The notes beneath the pieces are model-generated. The model did not search any database, was not told where the DNA came from, and saw nothing but the letters and a program-made list of their open reading frames with translations. A stretch of DNA of 56,976 nt, counting the filler, from Jimgerdemannia flammicorona (lineage: Eukaryota): NCBI GenBank assembly GCA_003990765.1. It is 3 parts of 3 records of this genome, joined end to end, with 100 filler letters (N's around TTAATTAATTAA, not from the genome) between each part and the next. Parts side by side here need not be neighbours in the genome. Positions count along the whole stretch, not along the records: positions 1 to 18,929 come from RBNJ01002071.1; 2 more parts are not named here. The stretch is one strand, 5' to 3'. Position numbers and translations under genes: made by a program. This document shows positions 1 through 13,430 of this stretch, one piece after another (the first letter of the stretch is position 1; each line of letters begins with the position of its first letter).

Positions 1-1028
1 TTTTATAGATAAATTTATCTACATTATAGTCTAAGAGTTAATATAATCAGTTGATACTTAGTAATTACTAGTAATATAGAGATAATTCTCTAGCATCTAT
101 TTATAAAATTCTTCTCCAATATAGCAGAATGATGAATAATATATAGTTTGTATAAATTAGTAATAATTAATAAATAACTTGTTGGATTCAACAGTTATAC
201 TATTGCTAAAATAAGCCTGTAGATTATTTGAGAACTCAGTACTCAGTAATTACTCTTTAATAACCTAATAAGATCTTAGTATAATTTAAGTATAGTTACT
301 ATTTTTTATTATTTGAACTTTAGGATACATTTAAATAAGAAGAGTGAATATAGAGGTATATGCTTAGAAATCAATATATCCTAACAAGCAAAATCCTTAT
401 ATAACTCTACCATTAGCCATTAATAGAAAAAGTCTACTATAAGCTACTATATACTTAATAATTAAGTATATAGAAGCTTCCAGTGGACTTCTTCTATGAG
501 AATTACTTAGAGAAAGCTTATATATTATAGTGAAATTATCTAGTAAATGACAAGAACATATATAAATAAGAAGAGATTGGAGATAACAATAAAGCAGTTC
601 TGAAATCTTAAATAAGTAAACACATATTGTCAAGAATCAGATATCCAAGAAATATCACATACAACAGATTGCTTTTCAGACTCTCCTGGTGGCCTTCAGA
701 CATGTTTCTTAATAAGATCCTTAGTAAACACATCCATATATCCCCAACAAATTCCTTCTACATATTAACCGCTTATATCCATGCCCATTTTCCTATCAAT
801 AATCGTTGTGTAACCGTCAAATTGTGTCGACGACTGTCCCCTCCCTCATCTAATCGTCTCCATCACCGTCATGTGAAGTCTGCTCGGGTCCGACCTCGGT
901 GGCTTTGAAGACACGCATTTCACTGTTGCACAAATACACTGAATGCGGCCTCATGTCCAGCAGATTTTATATATAAGTGCCTCCATTCCCTTCGGCGCAT
1001 ACCACTTCACCACCGCTTACTCAAGAAC

Positions 1029-2648
1029 ATGCCCCCCAATTCCAACCTTCCTCGCCACATCTGTACCTGTCCCAATCCCATATGTTTATTCATCTTCGAT
1101 TGCGACGACGACCTCCGAGTTCATCTCGAATCAAATTCAGAATGTCAGCGCGCCAATGCATTCTCCGACTTCATCGACGATAGACGCCCGTCCACCAGCA
1201 TGAGCAACCTCGAATTTCAATACTTGCTAGAGTCGAGCATCCACTCTCCATCTAAAACTGTCGATGAAGACTTTGTGGCAATTTTCCAAGGCAATCTCGA
1301 CCTGCTACCTGGTTTCAGCATGGATACCGACACAACCAATCAAGGAGGTCTTGACAATTTACACGACGCCCGACGCGACCGAAACACGAACCCTGAAGAA
1401 ACCGAAGAGTTTTCCGAGTTCATTGACTATGGTCAAATACCCGACACACCCGACGAAAATGCCGCCGAAACTTACTTCAGTTCGGAAGCCAACATTATGG
1501 ATATCCTCCGATATTGTCATGGCGGTGATTCCGACTTCAGTATCGCGACCGAAGAATATGGTGGCGACGGCAATATCCTCCAGAATCATTCCAATTTGGA
1601 CAACAACACAACACACCCACACGGCTTAAACGGGTACCTCGATCAACTCGTCGCCCATAATGTCCAAAACCATCTCGATTGCGATGCCAATATGGACATC
1701 ATTTACAGCATTCCCTTTTACGAACGCACTGACGAAAGTGTTCAAGGATCGGAGCCCGACCCCAGCCTACCACCCAAAGCTATTTCAATAGTCTCGGCGA
1801 ACATCTTGAAGGCCAACGGCATTACACCTGATAGCGTTAAAGAAGTCACACAAAATCTGCTACCGAACAAGCTTGATGCGTCCCCTGGACAACCTTCCCT
1901 CTTGATACAATCTTCTACAAGTAACACACCGCAATTGTCTAGCACATCCAGTGCTACCGCAAATCCAGCACCGTACAGCAAGTGCCCCGACTGCAAGAAA
2001 AGGAAGAAGCGTTGTCGACTCCACGCCACCGACAAGAAAGAGAAAAGAACATCTCCGGGAAAGGCTTGTGTTTGGTGTAAGAACAGCAACAAAAAATGCC
2101 TTGGCGATATGCCATGCTCTCATTGCGGTCAACTCGGTAGGACTTGTCTTGGAAACACCACGCAGTCCACCACATCTATCACAGACCTTTGCAACAAGCT
2201 CGACGATGCCGAAGAAGATATTAGAAAATCGGCTCTCAAATCTCTGTTCCAGAACGTCTCGGGGATCGGCGGTTGCCACGATCGGTACAACCTCAACCCA
2301 TATCTCGAAATTCTGAAGAAGCACGGTGGTATCCGAAAAATCAATAGTCTCCTCAATCGGGAGCACTGGCTCTTCCGACGTGAATGTGAGGATGTTATTT
2401 CATACTTTCACGACCTCAAAGACAACATTATTGATATCGACACCGACAAATCTCATCCCAGCATGCTGCAAAACACTTCCAACGAACATGGTCAATACAC
2501 TCTGAGCGACGATGAAGAAAACGCAGCCCGCGGTAACGATGAAGTGGAATTGGCGCCAATCGTCATCGGCTCGAAGTATAGCGATGAAAACACTTCGCAC
2601 ATCAAACTTCCTTACCTAAAAAGCTGCATTTCGTATTTGCTGAATTGA
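1029..2648 (+). CDS. Intronless Zn(II)2Cys6 binuclear-cluster protein, 539 aa, putative transcription factor
   Basis: Long open frame; CVWCKNSNKKCLGDMPCSHCGQLGRTC (C-x2-C-x6-C-x5-C-x2-C-x6-C, nt 2067-2147) fits the GAL4-type consensus; TATATATAA at 968-976 upstream; paralogous sequence nearby. Confidence 0.85.
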   Translation: MPPNSNLPRHICTCPNPICLFIFDCDDDLRVHLESNSECQRANAFSDFIDDRRPSTSMSNLEFQYLLESSIHSPSKTVDEDFVAIFQGNLDLLPGFSMDTDTTNQGGLDNLHDARRDRNTNPEETEEFSEFIDYGQIPDTPDENAAETYFSSEANIMDILRYCHGGDSDFSIATEEYGGDGNILQNHSNLDNNTTHPHGLNGYLDQLVAHNVQNHLDCDANMDIIYSIPFYERTDESVQGSEPDPSLPPKAISIVSANILKANGITPDSVKEVTQNLLPNKLDASPGQPSLLIQSSTSNTPQLSSTSSATANPAPYSKCPDCKKRKKRCRLHATDKKEKRTSPGKACVWCKNSNKKCLGDMPCSHCGQLGRTCLGNTTQSTTSITDLCNKLDDAEEDIRKSALKSLFQNVSGIGGCHDRYNLNPYLEILKKHGGIRKINSLLNREHWLFRRECEDVISYFHDLKDNIIDIDTDKSHPSMLQNTSNEHGQYTLSDDEENAARGNDEVELAPIVIGSKYSDENTSHIKLPYLKSCISYLLN

Positions 2649-3514
2649 AGCGCTCGATCTCAACTTGCCCTATTATATCAATAATTACAGCCGATGTCAA
2701 GTCATTTAACACGTCAAAATATGTAGCATCGGCCTCATATACCCCCCCTCTTCTTTAAATTTGGTCTTTTTATATTATATATGCCTTCTATGCCGTCGGT
2801 CCTTTGTGATGTATACCAGGCGTCGTCATACAGAGTGTGACGTCATATAACCAATGTATGTTAACTATTTATAAGTCTTCCATCACGCAGTCGCCACCTT
2901 GACAGAAATATATTGAGACGATTAAAAAATGACTTAACAATAATAACTAAATCCTTTTAATTGTGAACTTCCATATGCATTTCATTGTTGGCTACATTCC
3001 TTTTTAGCACTGGGCAATTAAAAAGTGACATAGGAGTAATGTAATTTAATAACTAAGTCAATTTTAATTGTAATTCTACATTTGCATTTCTAGGCAGATT
3101 GAATCCATTGTAGTGGAGCAAATGGTCATGACAAAAGAACATTAAGTAACTCTACTGTTTGGAACTTTATCAGAATAATAATAGAATATTATATGAATTT
3201 TATTATAATAGCAACAGTTATATTACTAATTTATAAATAGATACTTTATCAAGTATTTAAAAAGGAGGTCAAGTATAGTTTAACTAATGAAGAAGATACT
3301 CTAATAGGTCAGCTTGTTGAAATATTTACTGTAGTTATAGTAAGTCATAAAATTAGAATATTTTAAGTCAATTAAATTTTTCTGATTTTAGCTTATCAGT
3401 AAATTGATTTGAATAAAGTTATATAAACTTTTAAATATTAAATAATTAAGAGAAGTAATTATATATATATATTATTATAGTAAATTATAAGATAATAAAA
3501 TTAAATTATAATAG

Positions 3515-3517
<3 letters not shown>

Positions 3518-3562
<45 letters not shown>
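3518..3562. repeat. (TAT)n microsatellite
   Basis: Uninterrupted ttattattatt run. Confidence 0.95.
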
Positions 3563-3564
<2 letters not shown>

Positions 3565-6029
3565 AAAAAAGTCTACTATTTGTATATTATAAATTATTGC
3601 TATTAGTATAAAGTACTTTAAAATGTCATTTAGAATTAAAGATACAAATATTGTTATTAATAGCAATCAAATAAATGATATATAATATTGATATAACAGA
3701 ATAGAGTTGAGTTGACATGGTATTTCAACTTCTTATTGCTAGGGCCGCAGCGAATGTCACCTGATTTGGTGACATCATCCGCAAATTAAAAGGTGACGTT
3801 TTTGCTCTTCACGTGTATATATTTCGTCACTACTCCACTGTTTCCGACACAGCTCTCACCACATCCTGACGATCTAGTAGGCCTCCTCCCTTGTCTTCTA
3901 CACCTTTTTCCTCACTCACTCTCCCCAGATCTCCGTCGCCAATCTCGGTGGCAACCTTGCAAACCGTCACCTCTTCTTCGGTCGCCCCCTGTCTACCTGA
4001 GTCCGTCCTTACCTACGGTTACCTCACTGTCAACCTCCTCGGCGTGGCCGCCAAGGCGGAGATCTAGGAATTCGCGTTTAAGCGGAAGGAAACTAGTAGC
4101 GAGAAAAACACGGTAATCGTAACGTCGATCTCTTCCCAAACCCCGCTCCCAACTACAACCTTCCTTCCCTACCACTCTTTTTCGGGATTTCTCCTCGTTC
4201 CTATCGTCACCGTTTATTTCGTTGTTTCCCGCTTCCTTCCACGCCGCCATTTTTGGGGCTCAGCCTTCCTCAACTTTCTTATATCTCGCTCGCTCGCTCT
4301 ACAGCGGTGGCCACTTACTTACGGCGTATAAGTTCTATGTTGGACTCGTCGGACTGGTGGCGTACCATGGGTGCCATTCGCAGTGCGGCACGTGTTGAAA
4401 AAAAGGCAACACGGAGTGGTGGGACGGGGCGATATGCGTTTGTGGTGGGTGTGACGGGCGTGCTGGTGAGTGGGTTGGTTGCGATTGGGAGGACGAACGA
4501 GGTTCTGTTGAGGTTAGATTATTTAAAGAATAGTAAGCGTTGCCGCAGAGCTTGGTGCAGTGGGGTATTGCTGCCAAGGAGGGAACATCAGTATAGCATA
4601 TGACTATTAGAACACAGAAAGCAGGGCCGTAGGTGAACGCGATGGTCTAATAAACAAATATCATTCATTCTACTACCTCATACTTGCCCATTTGCTCTAT
4701 TTTAATGACGGGGTGAGTTACTCAGACGCATTATTCCCTTTTCTCGAGCGCAGAAAACACCAAAGCAACCCGACATCCCATCACCATTGTCATGCCAATA
4801 CTCGTCGTTCTATCATCGCGACAGTTGCCCACAAGCGGGAGGCCGATCCCCCTCCACCGATAATATTCGTCGCTCATCGACAAGAGCTTGGAATCATAGT
4901 TACTCCTTTTGTTCTTGTTGGTCCCCACAGCCGGCTGGGAGGATGTGATTGTGTGAACGCGTGTCGGAAGGAAAATTGAAGGAACGTCTGCACCTGCACT
5001 CCGCTCCTCGGTATTTATTGAGTGGAATGACTCGTCATTTCCGTTCGCGTGTGGAGGTAACTAGCTGGTCCACTAGGTTCACTTCGCCTCAACATCCGAG
5101 CCGGTCCCGCAAATCCTTGTCGTCTCGTATGACCGACAACGCAGGCAGCCTTGAAAAGAGCCCCGCCAGTCGGACCAAAATTTCCACTCATGAATTCTTA
5201 ATTATTAATGATGTTTATTTTGTAATGACCGGTTGCCACGCTATAGGATCTCCAACAGGAGGCCCAAGGTGAATATAGCAATGTATTAGGGTATGTGTAA
5301 TCAAAAGGTGGCTTGGGCTCATTGTAACTTGAATATGATGGGCCGCAAGTCAAAGACAACGGTTTTACCACAAAACCTGCAGAGAACGCATGCAGATGGT
5401 CGTTGAAACGTGAGTTGAAGCTAGCTGCCAAAATGATATATCTGTACCACTACATCCAAATCACTCGAAATTCCTTGAACCGAAGTTCTTGGAAATAAGC
5501 ATGATCGCAGCAACTAGCCTCAGCTGGGGAATATTATATTTCTGCCATGCATTCACATTGGTCACAATAAGCTGCAGAGCTTATCGCCGCATAGTATTCA
5601 TTTATCTCTGTAGTGAAATACGATTTTCATAATTTGGAACCGTCGAAACCACAAGAAACGTGCAATGACCATATGACCATAGTTTATTATAAGATGAACA
5701 TATATATATAATAATAACCTATCCAAGAGAGGACAGAAAACATATTCATAGAAGAGTTGGTATATGAGGTCGAGACTGCATAATAAAGCAATATGTGAAT
5801 GTGATACGCAAATTGATTACGGCCTACCTTATGTAAATCAACTTTATGTAAATAGGGAAAATTATGATCCAGCGCTTCAACCCTATAATTAAGAAATGAA
5901 TTTTTCTGATAAGGCAGTTGGATATACTTGTCGGTAGTATTTTAAAGCATACTGGGATCGGGTGTGGTTGTCGATGTCCTTGAGGTCGCCAAAGTATGCC
6001 ATAACAGGATACCATTCAAGTGGGAAGAG

Positions 6030-6540
6030 CCAGTGTCTATATTGAAGACAATGTTGATCTTTCTGCTATCAGCGCGCTCCTTAAGAATTTGGATATATAG
6101 GTTGAAGTTGTACCGATCGTGGTAGACAATTAGTCCTTGGAACATATCGAGTCTATTGCAAAAATCAGTAGTTATTGCGATAGATTGCGTGCTGTTTCCA
6201 AGCAGGTCCTGTCGAGTTAGTCACAAAGAGATCACAGTACATTGCCAAAGCATTTTTGTTATTGTTTTTGCATGAAACGCATGTCTTTCCGGAGGTGCTT
6301 CTTTTAACTTTCTTGTCGGTGGCGTGGAGCCTACAACGCTTCTTCGTTTTCTTGCAGTCGGGTCACTTACTGTACGGTACAGAATTCGTGATGGCGATAG
6401 ATGTGATGAACAATTGCAGCATGCCACTTGTAGAAGATCACGTCAGGAGGGAAGGTTGTCCAACGGACGTTATCCGGTGATCAGTTTTCCGGGAAATAGC
6501 GCTAATTGATAGGCTGGGGTCGGGCCTCGACTCTTGTTCG
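6030..6540 (-). pseudogene. Inverted, degenerate third fragment of the Zn2Cys6 gene
   Basis: Minus strand reads YSK*PDCKKTKKRCRLHATDKKVKRSTSGKTCVSCKNNNK and HDRYNFNLYIQILKE, matching 1029-2648; contains stops, frameshifts and deletions. Confidence 0.85.
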
Positions 6541-6614
6541 TGAAACGATGTCTGGGGATACGTCACCAATAGAAGACATATATACATCATGTGATTGATT
6601 GTGACTACTTCGGG

Positions 6615-9600
6615 TCCGATTTTGGTGGCTTAAAAAGAAACGCATTGAAGTCACTGTTGCACAATATGCTGAATGCGGTCGCCCGTGTCCACATTTTATA
6701 TAATTATGATGCCGCTTATTCCAATCTTCCCCACCGCATCTGTACCTGCCCCAATCCAATGTGTTTATTCATCTTTGATTGCGACGACGACTTCCGAGCT
6801 CACCTCGAATCAAATTCAGAGTGTCGGCGCGCCAATGCGTTGAATTTCAAAACGTGCTAGAATCAATCACCTACTCTCCATCTAGCACTGCCGATGAAGA
6901 CTTTGTGGCCATTTTCCATGGAAATCTCGACCTACTACCTGGTTTCAGTATTGATATCGACGCAACCGATCAAGGAGGTCTCGGCAATATATCCGACGCA
7001 CGACGCAATCGAAACACAATCTCTGAAGAAACCGAAGAGTTTGCCGAGTTCATCGACTGTAGTCAAATACCCGACACACCCGACGAAAATGAAGCCGAAA
7101 CTTTTTCATTTCGGATATCAACATTATGTATATCCCCATATATAATCACGACGGTAACCCCGACCTCAGCAACGCCGGAAAATATGGTGGAGAATATGGT
7201 GCCAATATATTCCAGAGCCATGACAATTTGGACACCACCAACACAACTCCCCCACCCGACAAATTGGGTGACAGCGACATGGATACCGAATGTGGCGGTG
7301 GATTAAACGGGTACCTCGATCAACTCGTTGCCTATAATGTCCAAAGCCATCTCGATACCGATTTCAATGTTTCTGTCCTATTCGAAGAACAAAAAGATGC
7401 TGACATGGACGTCGTAGACAACTTCCTCTTTCACGAACGCAATGGCGAAAGTCTCCAAGAGTCCGAGGCCGACCCCAGTCCACCCCTCGGCGTCATTTCC
7501 CAAGCTTATTCCAAACATCTCAGAGGCCAACGGCATTGTACCTGATCGCGTCGAGGAAGTCGCGCAAGATCTGCTTCCGAACAAGCATGATGTTTCCGCT
7601 GGACAACCTTCCCTCTTGACACAATCCTATGCAGATGGCACGCCGCAATCATCCAGCACATCTATCGTTGCCACAAATCCTGGACTGTACAGCAGGTATC
7701 CGGAGTGCAGGAAGAAGAAGATGCATTGTCGGCTCCACCCCACCAACAAGAAGAAGAAAAGAGCATCTCCGGGAAAGGCTTGTGTTTGGTGTAAGAACAG
7801 CAACAAAAAATGCCTTGGCGATATACCGTGCTCTCTTTGTGGTCAACTCGGTAGGACTTGTCTTGGAAACACCATGCAGTCCACCGCATTCATTACAGAC
7901 CTTTGCAACCAGCTCGATGATGCCGATGAGGATATTAGAAAATCGGCTCTCAAATCTCTGTTCCAGAACGTCTCGGGGACCTACGGCTGCCACGATCGGT
8001 ACAACATCAACCCATATCTCAAAATTCTTAAGGAGCACGGTGGTATCCGAAAAATCGATAGTCTCCTCAATCGGGAGACCTGGCTCTTCCGACGTGAATG
8101 TGAGGATGTCGTATCATACTTTCGCGACTTCAAGGACAACATCATTGATATCAACACCGACAAATTCCATCCCAGCATGCTGGAACACACTTCCAGCGAG
8201 CATGGCCAGTACACTCAGAGCGATGATGAAGAAAACGCAGCGCGTGGTGACGATGAGGTGGAATTGACGCCAATCATCATCGGCTCAAAGTACAGCGATG
8301 AACACTTCGAACATCAAACTTCCCTACCTGAAAAGCTGCATTTCGTATTTGCTAAATTGAAGCGCTCGATCACATCTTGTCCTATTATATCAATAATTAC
8401 AACCTATGTCAAAGTCATTTAACACGTCAAAATATGTAGCATCGGCCTCATATACCCACCCTTCATTAAATCTGGCCTCTTTTCTATTATATATGTCTTC
8501 TATGCTGTTGGTGTATACCAGGCGTCGTCATACAGAGTGTGACGTCTATGACAATGTAAATTATTTATAAGTCTTCCGTCATGTAGTCGCTTAGTTGATG
8601 GCAATATACCGGGGCGATTAAAAAATGACTTAACAATAATAACTAAATTCTTTTTAATTGAAAATATCCATATTCATTTTATCACTGACTACATTCCTTT
8701 TTAGCACTTGGCGATTAAAAAGTGACTTAAGAGTAATGCAATAATAATAACGAAGTCACTTTTAATTGTAAATCCACATTTGCATTTCTGGGCAGATCAA
8801 ATCCATTGTGATGGGGCAAATAGTCATTACAAAAAAAAAAAAAAAAAAAAAAAACATTAAGTGACTCAACTGTTCAGTACTTACCAGAATAATTACAGAT
8901 TATTATGTGAATTATATTATAATAGCAATAGCTATATCACCAATTGTCATATGAATAGATACTTCAGTTAAGTATTTAAAAAAAGAGATCAAGTATAGTA
9001 TAGCTAATGAAAAAGATACTTCAACAGATCAGCTTATTGAAATATTTACTGTACTTATAGAAAGTAGTAAAATTAGAATATTTTAAACTTATTAAGACTT
9101 TTATAAAATAAATAAAACTCTAAATTTTAGCTTAGATTTCTTTCAATAGATTAATTTAACTAAAGTTATATATAAGCTTTACAATTAAAAGAAGTAATAT
9201 ATATATTTTAATAATATTTTAAATTATTATAATATTTTAAATATAGTAATTTTAAAACTAAAATATATTAAGTTAATTTATTTTGTATTTTTTATTTATA
9301 AAAATTGAATATTTAAATATTATAAAATTATCTAATATTTGAGATGACCACTTTTAAAAAGTTACTTTCTATCTGATTTTTAGGACATACTAAGCCATCA
9401 GAGATAATATTTCTAAAATAACTATTTATTTAAACTAAGTTTTAATAATATTTCTAATTATATTAAATTATTATTATTAATATAAAGTACTTTAAAATTT
9501 TAAAGATAAAAATGGCATTATTTGCACTAAATAAAATAAATGATATAAAGTAGATATTGTCATAACAGAATATAGTTAGAGTTGATATGACATTTCAACT

Positions 9601-11570
9601 TATTATTGCAGCGGATGTCACCTGATTTGGTGACATCATCCGCGAATTAAAGGGTGACGTATTTGCTCTTCACGTGTATTACAGAGATAGACGTCAATCA
9701 CAAGCACTACTCCCTCTGTGTTTCCGACACAAGAGTTCCACATTATATGTCTACCGCACCCATGACACCCTGACGACCATCTAGTAGGCCTCCTCCCTCG
9801 TCTTCTACACCTTTCTCCTCACTCACGGTCCCCAGATATCTGTCGCGGCCTCGACCCTCGCAAACCGCTACCTCTTCCTTGGTCGCCCCCTTTACTAAAC
9901 CGTCTGCTTGAGTCGTCCTTACCTATAGTGCCCTCACAGTTAACCTACTCAGCGTGGCCGCCAAACGGAGGTCTAGGAATTCGAGTTCAATCGAAAGGAA
10001 ACTAGTAGCGAGAAAAACACGGTAACCGTAACGTCGATCTCTTCCCAAACCCCGCCCCCAACTACAACCTTCCTTCCCTACCACTCTTTTTCGGGATTTC
10101 TCCTCGCTCCCATCGTCGCCATTTATTTCGTTGTTTCCCGCCTCCTTCCACGCCGCCATTTCGGAGACTCGGCCTTCGCTCTACAGCGGTGGTCACTCAC
10201 ATCTGCGTGGGTTCTCTGCAGTTTTATCGTTGTCGTTTGACTTGCGACCCATCGTATTCAGGTTACAATAAGCCCAAGTCACCTTTTGACTTCTCATACC
10301 CCAATATGTTGCTATAATCGCTGTGGCCTCCCGTTTGAGACTTTATAGCGTGGCTACCGGTCATTACAAAATAAACATCATTCATAATTAAGAATACATG
10401 AATGAATATATTGGCCCGACTGTAGGGTTCTTTTCAAGGCTGCCCGCGTTGTCGGTCATACTGGACGACGAGGGTTTGCGGGACCGATTCGGATGTTGAG
10501 GCGAAGTGAACTGAGTAGACCGGAAACTAGTTACCTCCATACGTGAGCGGAGATGGCGCTCAAAAAATGCTTGGGAGCGAGTGTAGGTGCAGAAGTCCCT
10601 TCGCATTTCCGCCCGACGCGCGTGCACACCGCGACATCCTTCCACCTGGTCGTGGAGACCAACAAGAATAAAAAAAAGTAGCTATAATTGCAAGCTACTG
10701 ATGTTACCTTGTTGATGGGCGACGAATATTATCGGCGGGGGGGGGGAGGGGGGGTTGGCTTCCCGCTTGTGGACAATTGTTTCGATGGTAGAGCGGCGAG
10801 TCGGGGCATAAGAATGGGGGTAGGGATGTCGGGTGTTTCTGCGCTCGAGAAAAGAGAGTATTGCAGGGCAAGTTTGATAGCTCATGTTTTCTGAGAGACT
10901 CGCCCATCAATCAATCTGAGCAGGTGGACAGGTATAAGGTAGTAGGATGAACGACATTTGTTTATTACAGATCATCGCTTACACTACACCTCCGGCCCCG
11001 CTTTCTGCGTGTGTTGCGTTATAACAGTTTACATGCTACACTGTCGTTATCTCCTTGGCAGCAATACTTCACCGCACTAAGCTCTGCGGCAACACTTTAC
11101 CATAAATCTTCAAATAATCCAACCTCAACGGAATCTTGCTCGTCCTCCCAATCACGACCAACTCACCACCAGCCGCCGTCACGCCCACGTCTTACCACCA
11201 CTTCGTGTTGTCTTCCCTGCACCATTACTCTTCTTCTTTTTCAACACTTGCTGCACCGCGAACGGCATCCCTGAAACGCATGGTATGCCATCAGTCCGAT
11301 AGTCCAACGTGGAACCCATACGCCGGTGGTCGAACCGTGAGTTGAAGCTAGCTGCCAAAATGATTTATCTGTACCACTACTCGAAATTCCCTGAACGATC
11401 GCAGCAGCTATGGGTGATATTATATTCCTGTCATGCACTCATATTAGTTATAATAAGTTGCAGAGCTTGTAGCCGCATTGTACACATTCATCTCTGTAAT
11501 TAAACATGATTTTCACAATATGAAACTCAGGAAACACAAGAAGCTTGCAATGACCTTAGTTTATTATAAT
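6615..11570 (+). repeat. Tandem segmental duplication, copy 2, with internal inversion at 10200-11325
   Basis: Matches copy 1; 10200-11325 is the reverse complement of 4321-5397. Confidence 0.9.
6709..8360 (+). pseudogene. Frameshifted paralog of the Zn2Cys6 gene
   Basis: Homologous peptide split over ORFs 6591-6860, 6779-7306, 7126-7545 and 7442-8422; cluster ACVWCKNSNKKCLGDIPCSLCGQLGRTC retained. Confidence 0.88.
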
Positions 11571-11754
11571 ATTTTCATAAAGACATAAATCCAATAAGCC
11601 GAAATCGAGGATAATGGACTGAAGTGGTCCCTATGTCAATAAACCAGAGTAATCCCTATGTCAGGTGATTCGAAGTTCATTCAAGGCCGTCCTATGGCTG
11701 CTACTACGTCACGCCCCATGGGCTTTACCACGACGCGCTCCATCACGACGCACT

Positions 11755-11865
11755 CCATCACGACGCCCTCCACTACCATGACGCCCTCACGCCCTCCACC
11801 ACGACGCCCTTCACCACAATGCCCTCCACCACGACGCCCTTCACCACAATGCCCTCCACCACGAC
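11755..11865 (+). repeat. Short 30-bp minisatellite (gccctccaccacgacgcccttcaccacaat, about 2.5 copies) with related 15-bp subunits
   Basis: Visible at 11790-11865. Confidence 0.75.
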
Positions 11866-12930
11866 ATCACTCCGTGGCTGCCACCACGACGTCCCGATCC
11901 ACGTGGTGGATTCCGAAGTCTACAATATCTCCTTACTAGAATACTTCCCGTGAATGATCCTCCCGATCCACCTCACGCCCTGGACTCAGATCCGCACTCG
12001 GTGCTTGACCCATGGGCTCTGTCTTCGGCCTCGTCACTTTCACCTTCACCCTCGCCACCCTCATTGGCACCAGCTTTGCGGGTGCCACGAGTGAGGATAT
12101 GACCTGAATCGACGCCCAAAAACGCCCCACCCGACATCATTTCTATTACAAAATCTGAACCCTTCGCCAACCTTGACACACCGCTACCTCAGCCACGTTT
12201 ACAAAGCCGGATGAGACGCGGGAATTGCTCGAAAAAATTGCCATATTGCCAGATGGGAGCGAACTGCAAGACGCAAAATATTTAACAGAGTATTAATTAA
12301 CTGTATCCACGGCCGACAACGAAATACCCATGTCCCCGTATCTGACCACCAAACCATCTCCCACGACCTCAAACAAAGACTGCAAAGCCACGCGGTGCGA
12401 CTGCTCTTCGAGCCTAAAGCTTGGCAATCACAACGGCCACCTTTATCGACCGCTTCTCCTGTGCGGGCAAGCGTCCGGGACATATACAACTCAACGAAAG
12501 TAGAGCTACCACGCTCGGCCACGCCGCGGCAGGTGGTTGAAACCATGGGCCAAGAGGTATCAGAGCCAACAAAGCAGATGTCTGACTGTATTGATACAGG
12601 ATCGGCAGTCCGTGACGTTTATAATTCAACGCCCAATGCCTAAAATAACAGCGCATCCACGGCCGCCAGCGACAAAATCGACCCTTTCGACAAGGAGCCC
12701 TTCTCGCTCACCAAGCTGTGCTTAACATGGAGCGGTTATACACCGTCGCCGAGCCGTTGCAGCACACCGAGCAGCGATTAGAAGGATTCATTTCCCGCGA
12801 GCACAAATAGGAAATTCGCCTAATTTCTCTTCTACTCTCCTCAACCCACTTCCGTAGCTCTACTACTCCTCTGGTACTAAGACCTTCTCCTTTAGACCCT
12901 CTTCTCCGTCTGATCTTCTTCCTGTTTAGC

Positions 12931-13430
12931 TACCCGATTCAGCCGCAGAACGTGTCCGTCGAGCCGGCCTTTGCGACCATTGAGAAGCGCTGCGCTCTCA
13001 GGAACAGCAGTATATGCAGCGCAAGGGCGGCAAGGGCGTCACTGGCTGGTGGGAGGACGTGCGTACCTCGTGGGAACCGTTTGTGAAGATGGAGGCCGGT
13101 GCTTTCGCAGATTTGCTTGAAATTCAAGAAGTGAGTTGATCGCCACAGTTTGACATCCTAACGTTCTGTTGCATTTCATTCCTTCACCAGCCTCGCGACA
13201 TAGAAATTCCCGCATAAAACACGCCTAGCTCTCCTGGGCCTAATCCTAAGCCTCATCTCCTTCTATGCACTCCCCGCGCGTTTAATCGTTTGCGTGGCCT
13301 TCTACTAGACACACAATTCTTCGCCCTCTCGCCCTTACAATCCCACTTCCCATGCTACCGCCTCTTCTCCATCACCGAATGGGCCGTGCATAGCGGTGTC
13401 GAGCGGACCATGGAGGTCATACGCAGCCGT
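12931..13430 (+). pseudogene. Spliced gene remnant encoding a membrane-protein segment (tentatively GRAMD4-like)
   Basis: Exon ...QRKGGKGVTGWWEDVRTSWEPFVKMEAGAFADLLEIQE, then GTGAGT (13131)...CCTAAC...CCAG (13190); next a hydrophobic stretch LALLGLILSLISFYALPARLIVCVAF and QFFALSPLQSHFPCYRLF..MEVIR in shifted frames. The family assignment is from recollection only. Confidence 0.35.

Larger units (their letters stand above)
890..5700 (+). repeat. Tandem segmental duplication, copy 1 (promoter, Zn2Cys6 gene, AT-rich tract, CpG-rich tract)
   Basis: Colinear similarity to ~6615-11570, e.g. 2650-3400 vs 8360-9100, 3755-4320 vs 9615-10200, 5398-5690 vs 11327-11570. Ends are approximate. Confidence 0.9.

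Noticed and set aside
1..780. AT-rich, CpG-free tract with short ORFs
   Set aside because: Probably a heavily mutated TE relic, but no motif could be read to classify it.
3993..4250. Minus ORF MAAWKEAGNNEING present in both duplicates
   Set aside because: Explained by the duplication itself; frames diverge in the 3' part and no domain is recognisable.
6630..6670. KRNALKSLLHNM resembling RKSALKSLFQNV of the Zn2Cys6 protein
   Set aside because: The DNA aligns to the upstream region 900-950, so the peptide similarity is coincidental.
11755..11865. Short repeats as a CRISPR-like array
   Set aside because: No unique spacers and a eukaryotic context; simple minisatellite.
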